The notes: generated by a model from the letters alone, not told the origin. Counted from the first letter of the stretch, positions 38,729 through 49,417 are shown. The stretch is 64,000 nt of DNA from Verrucomicrobiales bacterium (GCA_037190325.1 JBBCIU010000023.1:29560-93559), one strand, 5' to 3'. Numbers and translations are program-made.

Positions 38729-39910
38729 TCAGAAGCCGAAGCGGCTGGAGGGCAGGGGACGGGTCTTGAAGATGGAGAAGGGCGGGGCGGTGACGTCTTT
38801 CCCGCTGTTGAAGAAGGGCGTCCGGTGGAGCTGGCTGCTGTAGAAGTGGAGTTGGCCGTCGGGACCGATGAGGAGCCCTCCGGGCCAGATCACGCGGGGA
38901 TCCTGAACGAGGAGGCGGAGGTTCAGGTAGTTCTCTTCGGGGGCGACGTAGTCGATGGAGCCGCGCGAGATGTCGGCGAAGTAGATCCGGCCCTTCGCAT
39001 CGATGGCCATGCTGTCGCAGACCGGCTTCTGCGAGACGCCGGTGATCTGGGTGGCGAGGACTTCGGGAGTGATGTCGGCCCGGGTGAGGAATTCGGTGCG
39101 GATCTTGTAGAGCGAGGCGCCGTCCCGCGCGCCGTAGTAGAGCCATTCGCCGCGCCGGTCGATGGCGAGGGGGCTCACCCCGGTGAGGGGGCTGGCGATG
39201 GCTCCGTCGGGCCGCCGAACCTCGATCTGGCGGCCGTCGACGGTGAGGAGGATCTCGGGGTCCTTCTGGACCGAGCGCTCGCCCTGGAGGACGCGCCGGG
39301 CGAGGCCGGTTTCGGTGTTCACCACGAGGATGGCGGAGACGATGCCGTCCGCGGGATCGGAGAGATAGATGTAGGGGCCGACCGGATCGAGGACGAGGTT
39401 GGTCAGAAAGGAATTCGGAGCGAGGGCGAGCGCGTCGATGACGAGGACCTTGTGGAGCTGGTCCCGCTTCGTGTCCCAGGCGACGAGCTTGGCGGCGGTG
39501 CCGGAGCGGCGGCCGTTGTCGAGCATCCAGACGATGCCGCGCGAATCGCAGGCGATCCCGATGACGGAGTCGAGCAGGAGAGGGTCGCCCGATCCCGGGG
39601 TGTTCATCGACTCGTTGGGAAAGGGAGTCCATTGGCCGTCGCGGTCCAGGCGCATGACGCGCTGCGGGGGCTGGAAGAAGGGATGGCAGGCGACGATGTA
39701 TTCTCCCGAGGGCAGCACGCACATCCCGCCGGGGCCCGAAGGGGCCTGCGCCGTTTCCAAGAGTTCGTCGGCGTCTTTCTTGAAGAGCTTCCTCGGGTCG
39801 GTCAGCACCTTCAGGTCGATGGCGGAGATCGATCCTCCGGAAAGGCCGACGGCCATTCCCAGCAGGCAGGCGCACGAACGGACGGATCGGGAGAAGACCG
39901 TCCGGATCAT
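38729..39910 (-). CDS. Major royal jelly protein/Yellow family beta-propeller
   Basis: WTPFPN; LDSVIGI..D..G.VWMLDNG; YLSD; CDSMAID; IWPGG. Confidence 0.78.
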   Translation of the reverse strand: MIRTVFSRSVRSCACLLGMAVGLSGGSISAIDLKVLTDPRKLFKKDADELLETAQAPSGPGGMCVLPSGEYIVACHPFFQPPQRVMRLDRDGQWTPFPNESMNTPGSGDPLLLDSVIGIACDSRGIVWMLDNGRRSGTAAKLVAWDTKRDQLHKVLVIDALALAPNSFLTNLVLDPVGPYIYLSDPADGIVSAILVVNTETGLARRVLQGERSVQKDPEILLTVDGRQIEVRRPDGAIASPLTGVSPLAIDRRGEWLYYGARDGASLYKIRTEFLTRADITPEVLATQITGVSQKPVCDSMAIDAKGRIYFADISRGSIDYVAPEENYLNLRLLVQDPRVIWPGGLLIGPDGQLHFYSSQLHRTPFFNSGKDVTAPPFSIFKTRPLPSSRFGF

Positions 39911-40009
39911 CGAGTGGCAGGGTTGGAGGGGCGAAAACGGCATCCTGCTCGGAAGAAAGGGACGATCTTCAAGGCAAAAGGGCTTCGCGTCAATCGTCTG
40001 GGGAGCGAT

Positions 40010-41776
40010 TCAGGGGATCAGTTCGGGATAGGCCGCTCCGGCCAGTTCCAAGCACATCGAGCGGACCTCGGCCGACGTGCCGCAGGCACGGATCCGGTCC
40101 GCGAGCTCGCGGCAGCGAACGGAGTCGAGGCGGGAAAGGGCTCGTCTCGTGCGCAGGAGCTGGGCTCCGGCGACGGAGAGTTCGTCGACGCCCAGACCGA
40201 CCCAGACCGGCGCGAGGACGAGGTCGCTGGCGACTTCCCCGCAGATGCCGCACCAGATGCCGTTGCGGTGCGCCGCCTCGACGGTCTCGCGGATCATGGC
40301 GATGACCGCGGGATGGGTCGGCTGGTAGAGGTGGGCGACGCGGTCGTTGACCCGGTCGACGGCGGTGGTGTACTGGATCAGGTCGTTCGACCCGATGCTG
40401 AAGAAATCGACCTCTTTCGCCAGGTGGTCGGCGATCAGGACCGCGCTGGGGATTTCGATCATCGCGCCGGTCTCGATGGCCTCGTCGAAGGGCACGCCCT
40501 GTCCGCGCAGTTCCTCCTTCGCGAGTTCGAGCTGATGCTTCGCCCCGATCAGTTCCTCGAGGGTGGAGAGGAAGGGGAACATCAGGCGGATCTTGCCGAA
40601 GGCGCTGGCGCGAAGGATGGCGCGGAGCTGCACCCGGAACTCCTCGTTCCGGTCGAGGCTGAGGCGGATGCCGCGCCAGCCGAGGAAGGGGTTCGGTTCG
40701 GGATCCTCGAAAAGCTCGGGGCAGAACTTGTCGCCTCCGATGTCGAGGGTGCGGATGATGACCCCGTGGGGATGCGTCGCTTCGGCCACCTTGCGGTAGT
40801 TCGCCACCTGGTTGTCCTCGTCGCGCAGCTCACGCCGGCTCAGGTAGAAGAATTCGGTGCGGTAGAGGCCGACGCCCTGCGCCCCGGTGGCGAGGATGCT
40901 GTCGAGCTCCTCGATGAACTCGATGTTCGCCGAGAGGGTCACCTTCTTCCCGTCGGCGGTGACGGTCTCCGCGTTCCGAAGCGTCTCGAGATCGCTGAGA
41001 ACGTGGCGTTCCCGCTCCATCATCACCTCGTACTCCTCGAGGGTCGCGGGCGAGGGGTTCAGGATGACGAGCCCCCGATAGCCGTCGACGAGCACGGGAT
41101 CGCCCGCCGGGAAGTCCTTCGGCAGGCCGTGCAGGGCGACCACCGCCGGAATGTTCAGGGAGCGCGCCATGATCGCCGTGTGCGACGTGGAGCTGCCCAG
41201 CTCCGTCGCGAAGCCGCGGATCTGCTTGCGGTCGAGGCCCACGGTGTCCGAGGGGGTGAGATCGTGGGCGAGGAGGATGCTCGTGCCCGGCTGCTGCGGG
41301 CGCAGGCCGTCCTCTCCGTCGCCGCCGCGCAGGTTGCGCAGGAGGCGCTTGGCGATGTCCTCGATGTCCACGGCGCGCTCGCGCAGGTAGGGGTCGTCGA
41401 TTCGGCTGAGCGAGTCGATGTAGCGCTTCGAGACGAAGTAGTAGGCCCAGTCGGCCGATTTCCGCTGGGTTTCGACGATGCGGAGGACCTCGCTGAGAAT
41501 GGTGGAGTCCTCGAGGATGAGAAGGTGCGCGTCGAAGATCGTCGTTTCGCCGTCGTCGGCCTCGATCGCCCGCTGCAGCTTCAGGATTTGCTCGCGGGTC
41601 TTCACGAGCGCCTCGTTGAGGCGGTCCCGTTCGGCGGAGACGCCGTCGCGGTCGATGGTGAGCCGCTCGGGTTCCTCCAGGGCGCGGCCGACCCGCTCGG
41701 CGGGACCGACGACGATGCCCGGGGACACGCCGATGCCCTGCAGGCGGGCTTCGGCTCTGGGAGCGGAGGAAATCAT
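40010..41776 (-). CDS. ptsI: PEP-protein phosphotransferase (Enzyme I)
   Basis: TSHTAIMARS phospho-His; GLYRTEF; IRTLDIGGDK; NPFLGWRG; SIGSNDLIQY; GICGE. Confidence 0.96.
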   Translation of the reverse strand: MISSAPRAEARLQGIGVSPGIVVGPAERVGRALEEPERLTIDRDGVSAERDRLNEALVKTREQILKLQRAIEADDGETTIFDAHLLILEDSTILSEVLRIVETQRKSADWAYYFVSKRYIDSLSRIDDPYLRERAVDIEDIAKRLLRNLRGGDGEDGLRPQQPGTSILLAHDLTPSDTVGLDRKQIRGFATELGSSTSHTAIMARSLNIPAVVALHGLPKDFPAGDPVLVDGYRGLVILNPSPATLEEYEVMMERERHVLSDLETLRNAETVTADGKKVTLSANIEFIEELDSILATGAQGVGLYRTEFFYLSRRELRDEDNQVANYRKVAEATHPHGVIIRTLDIGGDKFCPELFEDPEPNPFLGWRGIRLSLDRNEEFRVQLRAILRASAFGKIRLMFPFLSTLEELIGAKHQLELAKEELRGQGVPFDEAIETGAMIEIPSAVLIADHLAKEVDFFSIGSNDLIQYTTAVDRVNDRVAHLYQPTHPAVIAMIRETVEAAHRNGIWCGICGEVASDLVLAPVWVGLGVDELSVAGAQLLRTRRALSRLDSVRCRELADRIRACGTSAEVRSMCLELAGAAYPELIP

Positions 41777-41867
41777 GCGGCGGCGCTATCTAAACGGCCC
41801 GGAAGGGGAAATCTTATGGGTTCCTGAAAGAAACCCGGCCGGAGCGACCGTCTGGCGGACGCCGCGC

Positions 41868-42182
41868 TCACCCTTCCACTTCGAAGCCGCTGTTGACGAG
41901 GGCGCTGAGCTTCTCCAGCGCGAGTTCCGCGTCTTCGCCCTCGGCGGAGACGCGGATCACCGACCCTTGGGCCGCGGCGAGCATCATCAGGCCCATGATG
42001 CTCTTTCCGTTGATCTCCTCCTGGTCCTTCTCGACCCAGACGTCGCAGGAGAAACGGCTCGCGAGCTTCACGAACTTCGCCGCCGGCCTGGCATGCAGGC
42101 CGTCTTCGTTCGGGATGGTGAGTTCGCAGACTGGCATCGGAAGGGGTGCCCCGGGGGCGTTGGAGAGAGGGGATGGGATCAA
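41868..42182 (-). CDS. ptsH: Phosphocarrier HPr
   Basis: GLHARPAA (His15) and NGKSIMGLMML (Ser46); start 42182 (ATGA overlap with hprK) or 42137. Confidence 0.95.
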   Translation of the reverse strand: MIPSPLSNAPGAPLPMPVCELTIPNEDGLHARPAAKFVKLASRFSCDVWVEKDQEEINGKSIMGLMMLAAAQGSVIRVSAEGEDAELALEKLSALVNSGFEVEG

Positions 42183-43153
42183 AACATGGATTTACGTTCG
42201 TCGTGCATCCTTTTCAAGAGTTTCTTGTTGAATTCCACGGCCGAGTCGTGGCCCAGCGCCCGCAGCTTCTGGTCGAGCGCCGCCACCTCGATGAGCTGCG
42301 CCATGTCCCGGCCCGGCGCGACGGGCAGTTGGATGTGAGGGACCTGCAGGCCGAGGAGGTCGACGGAGCGGCCTTCGATCCCGACCCGTTCCATCTCGTT
42401 CATCTCCGATTCCTTCTTGAGGGTGATGACGAGGTCGAGCCGTTTTTCCGTGCGCAGGGTGCCCACGCCGAAGAGGGCGGCGACGTTGATGATGCCGAGT
42501 CCGCGGACTTCCATGTAGCTGCGGCCGAGTTCCGGCGAGGTGGCGATGATCTCGCGGTTTTCGAGGTTGCGAAGGCGGACGAGATCGTCGGAGACGAGGC
42601 TGGCCCCGCGTCGCAGCAGTCCCAGGACCGCTTCGCTTTTCCCCGTGCCGCTCTCGCCTTCGAGGAGGATGCCGATGCCCATGACGTCGACCATGCATCC
42701 GTGGCGCGAGGTCGTCGGCGCGAATTCCCAGTCGAGCCGCACGGTGGCGGCGTTGATGTAGTTCATCGTCACCATGGAGGTCTGGAAGACCGAGATTCCC
42801 GCGTCGCTGGCGATCTGGAGAAGGGAGTCCGGGAGGTGCTGGCCGCGGCTCACGACGATGCAGGGGATGCGCTGGCGGCAGAGGTCGGCGAAGCGCTTTT
42901 CCGCGTTCGCTTCGTTGAGATGGCGCAGGTAGGAGCGCTCCGCCTGCCCGATCACCTGGATCCGGTGGAGGGCGAAGTATTTGTAGAAGCCGGAGAGGGC
43001 GAGTCCGGGGCGGTTGATCGTCGGCTCGAGGATCTCGCGGTTGAAGCCTGCGTCCGTGCCCGCCAGCTCCATCGAGAGGCTTGCATGGTGGCGCCGGAAG
43101 AAATCGCCCACCTTGATCGAGATGGGCTTGCTGATGGATTGGGGTCTGGCCAT
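42179..43153 (-). CDS. hprK: HPr kinase/phosphorylase
   Basis: NRPGLAL; HGCMV; GESGTGKSE; SDDLV; MEVRGLGII; PVAPGR. Confidence 0.96.
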   Translation of the reverse strand: MARPQSISKPISIKVGDFFRRHHASLSMELAGTDAGFNREILEPTINRPGLALSGFYKYFALHRIQVIGQAERSYLRHLNEANAEKRFADLCRQRIPCIVVSRGQHLPDSLLQIASDAGISVFQTSMVTMNYINAATVRLDWEFAPTTSRHGCMVDVMGIGILLEGESGTGKSEAVLGLLRRGASLVSDDLVRLRNLENREIIATSPELGRSYMEVRGLGIINVAALFGVGTLRTEKRLDLVITLKKESEMNEMERVGIEGRSVDLLGLQVPHIQLPVAPGRDMAQLIEVAALDQKLRALGHDSAVEFNKKLLKRMHDERKSMF

Positions 43154-43426
43154 GGGAGCGCCGGAACTATCCGCCACCCCAAGCGACGATGCGAACGGAA
43201 ATGGGGGAGGCGGGAGGGAGCAGGGGAGTGGCGGCCGCCGAGGGAAGGGGATGGCCATTTTTCTTCGACTTTGGGTTGCGGTTCGTTTCGATCTGTTTCA
43301 AAGTTCCGCCCGTGATGGCAGGCCGTTGCCGATGGCCGGAGCTTGGCGCGTGCGTGTTGGGCCCGGCGGATCGTCGGGTTTGCCCCCCGAGACTTCCCTT
43401 TGCGCCCTTGACCACTCCGAAATCCA

Positions 43427-45868
43427 GTGCCTGCACTTGCTGAGCAGAATCCGTTTCCCGCAGCCCTCCTGCTAGGGGTGATTCTGCTGCCGTTGCTGCT
43501 CGCGCCGCTCGCTCTGGCCCTCGGAAAACGGATGGGATCCCGCACCGGTCTCCTCGCCTTGCTCGCTCCCTGCGCCTCGCTGGCCTTGCTCACGGTCCTG
43601 ATCCGCGATCACTGGACGGGCGGAACGGTGGCGACCGCCATGGTCGAGTGGGTGCCCTTTCTGGGGATCAACCTGTCGCTGGTGCTGGACGGGGTGTCGA
43701 TCTTCTACGGCTACGTCATCCTGGGGGTGGGCGCGCTGGTCTGCGCCTACGCCGCCTGCTACTTCGAGCGCGATGCGGAGCATCTGGGGGCCTTCTTCGC
43801 CTACCTGCTGCTGTTCATGACCTCGATGCTCGGGGCGGTCTTCGCGGACAACCTGATCTCGCTCTTCGTCTTCTGGGAGCTGACGGGGGTCGCGTCCTTC
43901 CTCCTGATCGGCTTCTCCTTCGAAAAGCGCCCCGCCCGCCTCGGCGCGCGCCGGGCCTTGCTGGTCACCTTTTCCACCGGGCTCTGCCTGCTCGCGGGCT
44001 TCATTCTGCTGGGCCAGCAGGCGGGCACCTACGAGCTGAGCCGGATCGCGGCGCGCGGCGGGGAGGTCTTGGAAGGCGCCGGGTGGCTGGCCCCGACGAT
44101 GATGGCGCTCGTCATGCTCGGGGCCTTCGGCAAATCGGCCCAGTTTCCCTTCCAGTTCTGGTTGCCGGGGGCCATGGCCGCTCCCACGCCGGTCAGTGCC
44201 TACCTGCACTCCGCCACCATGGTGAAGCTGGGGGTCTTCCTCAGCGCCCGCATGTTCCCGATCTTTCGCGATCTCGACCTGTGGCTGCCCCTGGTCGCGG
44301 GGACGGGGTTCTTCACCATGCTGCTGGGCGCCTTTCTGGCCCTGCGCTCGAACGATCTGAAGGAGATCCTCGCCTATTCGACGGTCAGCCAACTGGGATT
44401 CCTGATCGGATTCTACGGCTTGGGCGGCAGCTCTGGTCTGCGCCTCGACCTGCTGCACGTCGTCAGCCACGTCTTCTACAAAGGGGCGCTCTTCATGGTG
44501 GCGGGCATCGTCGACCATGCGACAGGTACCCGCGACGTGCGGGAGCTCGGGGGCCTCGCGCGCCGCCTGCCGCTCACGGCCGTGTCGGCCTTGTTCGCCG
44601 CGGCGGCGCTCGCCGGCCTGCCGCCGACCACGGGCTTCATCAGCAAGGAGCTGATGCTGGCCGGGCTGGGAGACCTGTGGGCGGAACGAGGCGCGCTGGC
44701 CCTGCTCTTCTATCTGGCCGTGCTGCTGTCGGCGGCGATGACGGTGGCCTTCGCCCTGCGCTTCTTCCTCGGGGTGTTCGGCGGCAGGGAGCCCCGCGAC
44801 GTCCCTTTCCATTCTCCGGGCCTCTGGATCCAGCTTCCTCCCTTGCTGCTGGCCGGGGCGGCGCTGGGATTCGGACTCTTTCCCGGCGCGCTGGGCGACC
44901 TGCTCGAACCGCTCAAGGTGCCGGGCGTCCAGGAGAGCGGGACGGTCAAGGTCTCGCTCTGGCACGGCCTCAACCGCGAACTGCTGCTGAGCGCCGCGGC
45001 GATCGTCTCCGGCGCCTTGCTCTACCTTCTCGCGAGCCGGCAGGCATGGCATTGGGCCCGGGTGCCGCTCTTCCTGCGCTTCGACAAGGCCTTCGACCGT
45101 TCGGTGGACACCTTGGGCTATGTCGCGAAGCGCATCACGCTGGCGTTGCGGGCGGACTGGCCGCCGGCCTACCTGCCGATCGTCATCTTCACCCTGCTGG
45201 CCTTCGTCCTGAGCGCCTTCGTCGTGCATTGGGACGAGTTCGGCGATCTCGGGACCCGGGAATGGCGGGTCGATCCCTGGCGCTCGCTGATCGGAATGAT
45301 GGTCTGCATCGGCCTCGTCGGCGTGCTCAGGCTGCGTCGCTGGACGGCGCAGCTTGCGGCCCTTTCGGTGTCGGGCTTCTTCCTGACCTTCTACTTCGTC
45401 CTCTACAAGGCGCCCGACCTCGCGATGACGCAGATCCTCGTGGAGTCGGCCTCCGTGGTGCTGGTGCTGGTGCTGATCGCGCGCTTCTCGACCGGCTCGC
45501 GGGCCGGAACGCGCTTCGAGTTCCGCTGGAACGCGAAGCAGGTCACTCGCGCGCTCCTCTCGCTCGGCATGGGCGCGATGGCGACGCTGCTGGTCCTCTT
45601 CGCCGACCTGAACCGCCACCCGGATCCGGTCGGCTACCGGATGCTGGCCCTGTCGAAGCCTTTGGCGGAAGGCAACAACGGGGTGAACACCATCCTCGTG
45701 GATTTCCGGGCCTTCGACACCATGGGCGAGATCACCGTGCTGCTCATCGCCACCCTCGCGGGCCTGGGGCTGATGGTGCACTACAAGAACCGGCAGGACA
45801 GGAAAAGCCACTCGGCCTTCACTGCACCGGGCTTCCTGCTGGGGAAAAGAAAGGAGAGAGGCGAATGA
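43427..45868 (+). CDS. mrpA: Na+/H+ antiporter subunit A
   Basis: FVFWELT; KSAQFPFQFWLPGAMAAPTPVSAYLHSATMVK; NTILVDFRAFDT; start uncertain. Confidence 0.95.
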   Translation: MPALAEQNPFPAALLLGVILLPLLLAPLALALGKRMGSRTGLLALLAPCASLALLTVLIRDHWTGGTVATAMVEWVPFLGINLSLVLDGVSIFYGYVILGVGALVCAYAACYFERDAEHLGAFFAYLLLFMTSMLGAVFADNLISLFVFWELTGVASFLLIGFSFEKRPARLGARRALLVTFSTGLCLLAGFILLGQQAGTYELSRIAARGGEVLEGAGWLAPTMMALVMLGAFGKSAQFPFQFWLPGAMAAPTPVSAYLHSATMVKLGVFLSARMFPIFRDLDLWLPLVAGTGFFTMLLGAFLALRSNDLKEILAYSTVSQLGFLIGFYGLGGSSGLRLDLLHVVSHVFYKGALFMVAGIVDHATGTRDVRELGGLARRLPLTAVSALFAAAALAGLPPTTGFISKELMLAGLGDLWAERGALALLFYLAVLLSAAMTVAFALRFFLGVFGGREPRDVPFHSPGLWIQLPPLLLAGAALGFGLFPGALGDLLEPLKVPGVQESGTVKVSLWHGLNRELLLSAAAIVSGALLYLLASRQAWHWARVPLFLRFDKAFDRSVDTLGYVAKRITLALRADWPPAYLPIVIFTLLAFVLSAFVVHWDEFGDLGTREWRVDPWRSLIGMMVCIGLVGVLRLRRWTAQLAALSVSGFFLTFYFVLYKAPDLAMTQILVESASVVLVLVLIARFSTGSRAGTRFEFRWNAKQVTRALLSLGMGAMATLLVLFADLNRHPDPVGYRMLALSKPLAEGNNGVNTILVDFRAFDTMGEITVLLIATLAGLGLMVHYKNRQDRKSHSAFTAPGFLLGKRKERGE

Positions 45869-46401
45869 ACCGGAACACGGACTCCTTTCTGCTCAAATCC
45901 CTCATCCAGCTCGTCTTCCTGCTGGTCAACATCGTGTCCGCCTATCTGCTCTTCCGCGGACACCAGCTTCCGGGAGGGGGCTTCATCGCGGGGCTGATGA
46001 CGGGCATCTCCTTCATCCTCCTCGGCATGGCGAAGGGCTGGCAGTTGCTGCGGCACGAGCTGCCGGTCGATCCCATGCGCCTGGCGACGGCGGGGGTGAC
46101 CCTGGCCTTGTGCAGCGGCCTGCTGCCGGTGCTGGGGGGAAAGGAATTCCTCACGCAGTACAACTGGCACTGGGAGAATTTCCCCATGCTCGGCGAAATC
46201 CATGTGGGAACGCCTTTGCTGTTCGATGCGGGCGTGTTCCTGCTCGTCAGCGGGATGACGGTGAAGCTGGTCGCCGTCCTCGTCCGCTCCACGGGAGGAC
46301 TGCCGCCCTTCGCTCCGGAAGAGGAGGGGCTCTACGCCTCGGTCCTGGAGGAGCCCATCGAGGACCGCGCAAGGAGAAAGGAGGCGAAGGATGGCCTATG
46401 A
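45865..46401 (+). CDS. mrpB: Na+/H+ antiporter subunit B
   Basis: RGHQLPGGGFIAG; LFDAGVFL. Confidence 0.92.
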   Translation: MNRNTDSFLLKSLIQLVFLLVNIVSAYLLFRGHQLPGGGFIAGLMTGISFILLGMAKGWQLLRHELPVDPMRLATAGVTLALCSGLLPVLGGKEFLTQYNWHWENFPMLGEIHVGTPLLFDAGVFLLVSGMTVKLVAVLVRSTGGLPPFAPEEEGLYASVLEEPIEDRARRKEAKDGL

Positions 46402-46744
46402 CACCGCCCTGCTGGTGGGGGTGATGTTCACCGTCTCCACCTATCTGCTGCTGCAGAAGAGCTTCATCCGCATCCTCTTCGGGTTCATCATCTTCTCGAA
46501 CGCGGGAAACCTCTTCATCCTCTCCATCTCCGGCGCGCCGGGCAACCGCAGGGCTCCGATCATCGAGGGAGACCGGCCCGTCACGGCCTACGTCGATCCC
46601 TTGCCGCAGGCGCTCGTGCTCACGGCGATCGTCATCGGGCTCGGGCTGACCGTCTACCTCGTCATGCTGCTCTACCGCATCATCCTCGACTCCAAGACCA
46701 TCGACACCGAAAAGCTCTTCCAGCCGGAACCCGACGATGAATAG
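46391..46744 (+). CDS. mrpC: Na+/H+ antiporter subunit C
   Basis: NAGNLFIL; DPLPQALVLTAIVIG. Confidence 0.95.
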   Translation: MAYDTALLVGVMFTVSTYLLLQKSFIRILFGFIIFSNAGNLFILSISGAPGNRRAPIIEGDRPVTAYVDPLPQALVLTAIVIGLGLTVYLVMLLYRIILDSKTIDTEKLFQPEPDDE

Positions 46745-48248
46745 CCTCGTCATAGGCCCTTTCGCGATCCCCCTCGCGACCGCGCTGCTCTGCCTCTTCG
46801 CGGGGCGGGTGGGCGTGTGGCGTCGATGGACGGTGGGGATCTCGGCCTTCGTCCAGCTCGTCGTGGCCCTCGTTCTGGCCTCGCAGGCGGTGGGACAGTC
46901 TCCGCTGGTCGTCGTGATGGGCGGGTGGACTGCGCCCCTGGGAGTCGCCCTCGTGGTCGATGGACTGGCCGCGCTGATGCTCTGCCTCTCCGCCCTCGTC
47001 TCCTTCGTCTGCATCCTCTACAGCTATCTCGAGCTCCAGGTCGAGGTGGAGCAGCCCATGCGCCTCCCGCTGATGCAGCTTCTCGTGGCGGGGATCAACC
47101 TCACCTTCATCACCGGCGACCTCTTCAATCTCTTCGTCGCCTTCGAGATCATGCTGGTGGCCTCCTACGCCCTGCTCACGCTGGAGGCGAACGACCGCCA
47201 CATCAAGGAGGCCTTCCCGTATCTCTCGGTGAACATCTTCGCCAGCGGCATCTTCCTGATTTCGGCGGGCCTGGCCTACGCCGTCTTCGGCACGCTGAAC
47301 CTCGCCCAGATCTCCGAGCGCGCCGCGGAGATGGAGGGACAGTTCTCCGTGCTGCTGGTCATGCTGCTGCTGATGGTGGTCTTCGGGATCAAGGCCGGGG
47401 TCTTTCCGCTCTACTACTGGCTGCCGAACAGCTACCCGATCCTCCCGTATTCCCTCTCGGCGCTCTACTGCGGGATGCTGACCAAGGTGGGGGTCTACGT
47501 GCTCCTGCGCATGCTCTGCACCGTGTTCCCCCACAGCCTCGACCGGGTCCACATCGTGCTGGCCCTGCTCGCCGGCGCGACCATGGTGATGGCGGCGTTG
47601 GGGGCCATTTCGAGAAACTTCATCCGGGGCATCCTCTCCTTCCAGCACGTCAGCCAGATCGGCTACATGATCCTCGCCATCGGTCTGTTCACGCCCATGG
47701 CCATCACCGCCTGCGTCTACTACGTGATCCACCACATCATCGTGAAGTCCTCCCTCTTCCTCATCGGTGGCACCGCCTTCTTCCGGAGCGGCTCCGACCA
47801 TCTCGAGCGCATGGGCGGACTGTGGAGGCTCAGCCCCCTGCTGGGCTGCCTCTTCCTCCTCCAGGCCTTCTCCTTGTCCGGCATCCCGCCGCTCAGCGGA
47901 TTCTGGGGGAAATACATCGTCATTTCCGAGAGCCTCGGCGAAGGCCACTACTGGCTGGCTGCCGCCGCCCTCCTCGCCTCGCTGCTAACCATGGTGAGCA
48001 TGATGAAGATCTGGCTGAAGGCCTTCTGGGACAAGCCCCGGGGCGAGCAGGCCCCCATCGTTTCTCCGCGGGCCCAGCGCGGCATGACCCTCATCGTCGC
48101 CGTCATGGTGTTCTTCTCGCTGTGCATCGGATTCAATGCCGAGTTCTTCCTGAAGATCGCGCAGTCCGCGGCGGACGGCTTGATGGACCAGTCCATCTAC
48201 CGGGAGAGCGTGCTGAACACCATGGGGAAAGGAGGAACCGCCGAATGA
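46737..48248 (+). CDS. mrpD: Na+/H+ antiporter subunit D
   Basis: TGDLFNLFVAFEIM; LTKVGVY; GIPPLSGFWGK. Confidence 0.95.
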   Translation: MNSLVIGPFAIPLATALLCLFAGRVGVWRRWTVGISAFVQLVVALVLASQAVGQSPLVVVMGGWTAPLGVALVVDGLAALMLCLSALVSFVCILYSYLELQVEVEQPMRLPLMQLLVAGINLTFITGDLFNLFVAFEIMLVASYALLTLEANDRHIKEAFPYLSVNIFASGIFLISAGLAYAVFGTLNLAQISERAAEMEGQFSVLLVMLLLMVVFGIKAGVFPLYYWLPNSYPILPYSLSALYCGMLTKVGVYVLLRMLCTVFPHSLDRVHIVLALLAGATMVMAALGAISRNFIRGILSFQHVSQIGYMILAIGLFTPMAITACVYYVIHHIIVKSSLFLIGGTAFFRSGSDHLERMGGLWRLSPLLGCLFLLQAFSLSGIPPLSGFWGKYIVISESLGEGHYWLAAAALLASLLTMVSMMKIWLKAFWDKPRGEQAPIVSPRAQRGMTLIVAVMVFFSLCIGFNAEFFLKIAQSAADGLMDQSIYRESVLNTMGKGGTAE

Positions 48249-48718
48249 GGGCCGCCGCCATGCATCTGCTGGTGACCCTCGTGTGGACCTTCCTCTACGG
48301 GCAGACGACCATGGCGGGTTTCTTCATCGGAGCCATCGCCAGCTTCCTCCTGCTCTGGGCGCTGGAGGGTGTCCTCCACTGCCAGGACTACGTCCGGCGC
48401 GTCCGGGCGTTCGTCGCCTTCGTCTTCCATTTCGTGTGCAGCATGGTGAGGAGCAATTTCGAAATGGGCATCCTCAGCCTTTCCCCCGGCATCGGGAAGC
48501 AGAGGGGAAGCTTCACCCGATACGATGTGAACGGGCTCAGCCCCATGGAGACCGTCCTGCTCGCCCAGTTCATCAACCTCACGCCCGGCACCACCGTGGC
48601 CGATCGCACTCCCGACGGCTATTTCATTCTGCATTCCTTTCCCCGGATGGAGGAAGACCGGCTCCGCGAGAAAATCGACAGAGACCTCAAATGCCGGCTT
48701 CTCGCCATCACGCGGTGA
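48245..48718 (+). CDS. mrpE: Na+/H+ antiporter subunit E
   Basis: INLTPGTTV; operon position. Confidence 0.9.
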   Translation: MRAAAMHLLVTLVWTFLYGQTTMAGFFIGAIASFLLLWALEGVLHCQDYVRRVRAFVAFVFHFVCSMVRSNFEMGILSLSPGIGKQRGSFTRYDVNGLSPMETVLLAQFINLTPGTTVADRTPDGYFILHSFPRMEEDRLREKIDRDLKCRLLAITR

Positions 48719-48761
48719 GGTGGCCCCTTGGAAAACGAACCCTGAAAAACCCGACGACGCG

Positions 48762-49094
48762 ATGATCCAGACGACGGTGAGCATCTGTTTTGTGATCCTC
48801 GGGGCGGCGGCCCTGCTTTCCCTCTGGCGCGTGGTCTTCGGCCCCCGCATCCTCGACCGCGTCGTGGCCTACGACACGGTCGCCGTCTGCATCGTGGGCA
48901 TGATGGTGCTGCTCTCCGTCCGCTGGCACACCGGACATCTGATCGAGATCATGCTCATCTTCTCGCTGCTCGGCTTCATGGGCAGCATCGCCTTCGTCAC
49001 CTATCTGAACACCGTCATTCCGCGCCAGCGCGACTCCAGCGAGGCGTGGAGACGGAAGAAGCTGGCCAAAAAGGAAGGGAAGAACCAACCATGA
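48762..49094 (+). CDS. mrpF: Na+/H+ antiporter subunit F
   Basis: GPRILDRVVAYD; LLGFMGSIAF. Confidence 0.9.
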   Translation: MIQTTVSICFVILGAAALLSLWRVVFGPRILDRVVAYDTVAVCIVGMMVLLSVRWHTGHLIEIMLIFSLLGFMGSIAFVTYLNTVIPRQRDSSEAWRRKKLAKKEGKNQP

Positions 49095-49417
49095 TTAGCG
49101 AGGTCCTCATCTGCGCGCTTCTGCTGACCGGCTCCATCGTGATGCTGCTGGCCAGCATCGGCGTCCTGCGCTTTCCCGACACGCTCTGCCGGGCGCACGC
49201 CCTCACCAAGGCGACCACCTTCGGCAGCAGCCTGCTGCTGATCGCCCTCTGGATCTCCCTGAGAGAGGAGGTCGCCGGCCTGAAGATCCTGCTGGTGATC
49301 TTCTTCTGCATGCTGACGATCCCGCTTTCCAGCCAACTCGTCGCTTCGCTCTACTACCGCCTCCTCTACCCCGTGGACGAGGAGCATGCGGCCTCCGCGA
49401 CCGACGAACAGCGCTGA
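49091..49417 (+). CDS. mrpG: Na+/H+ antiporter subunit G
   Basis: GVLRFPDTLCRAHALTKATTFG. Confidence 0.92.
   Translation: MISEVLICALLLTGSIVMLLASIGVLRFPDTLCRAHALTKATTFGSSLLLIALWISLREEVAGLKILLVIFFCMLTIPLSSQLVASLYYRLLYPVDEEHAASATDEQR

Noticed and set aside
43154-43426. Possible Na+/Li+ or c-di-AMP riboswitch upstream of mrpA
   Set aside because: I could not match conserved motifs by eye; an Rfam/Infernal scan would be needed.
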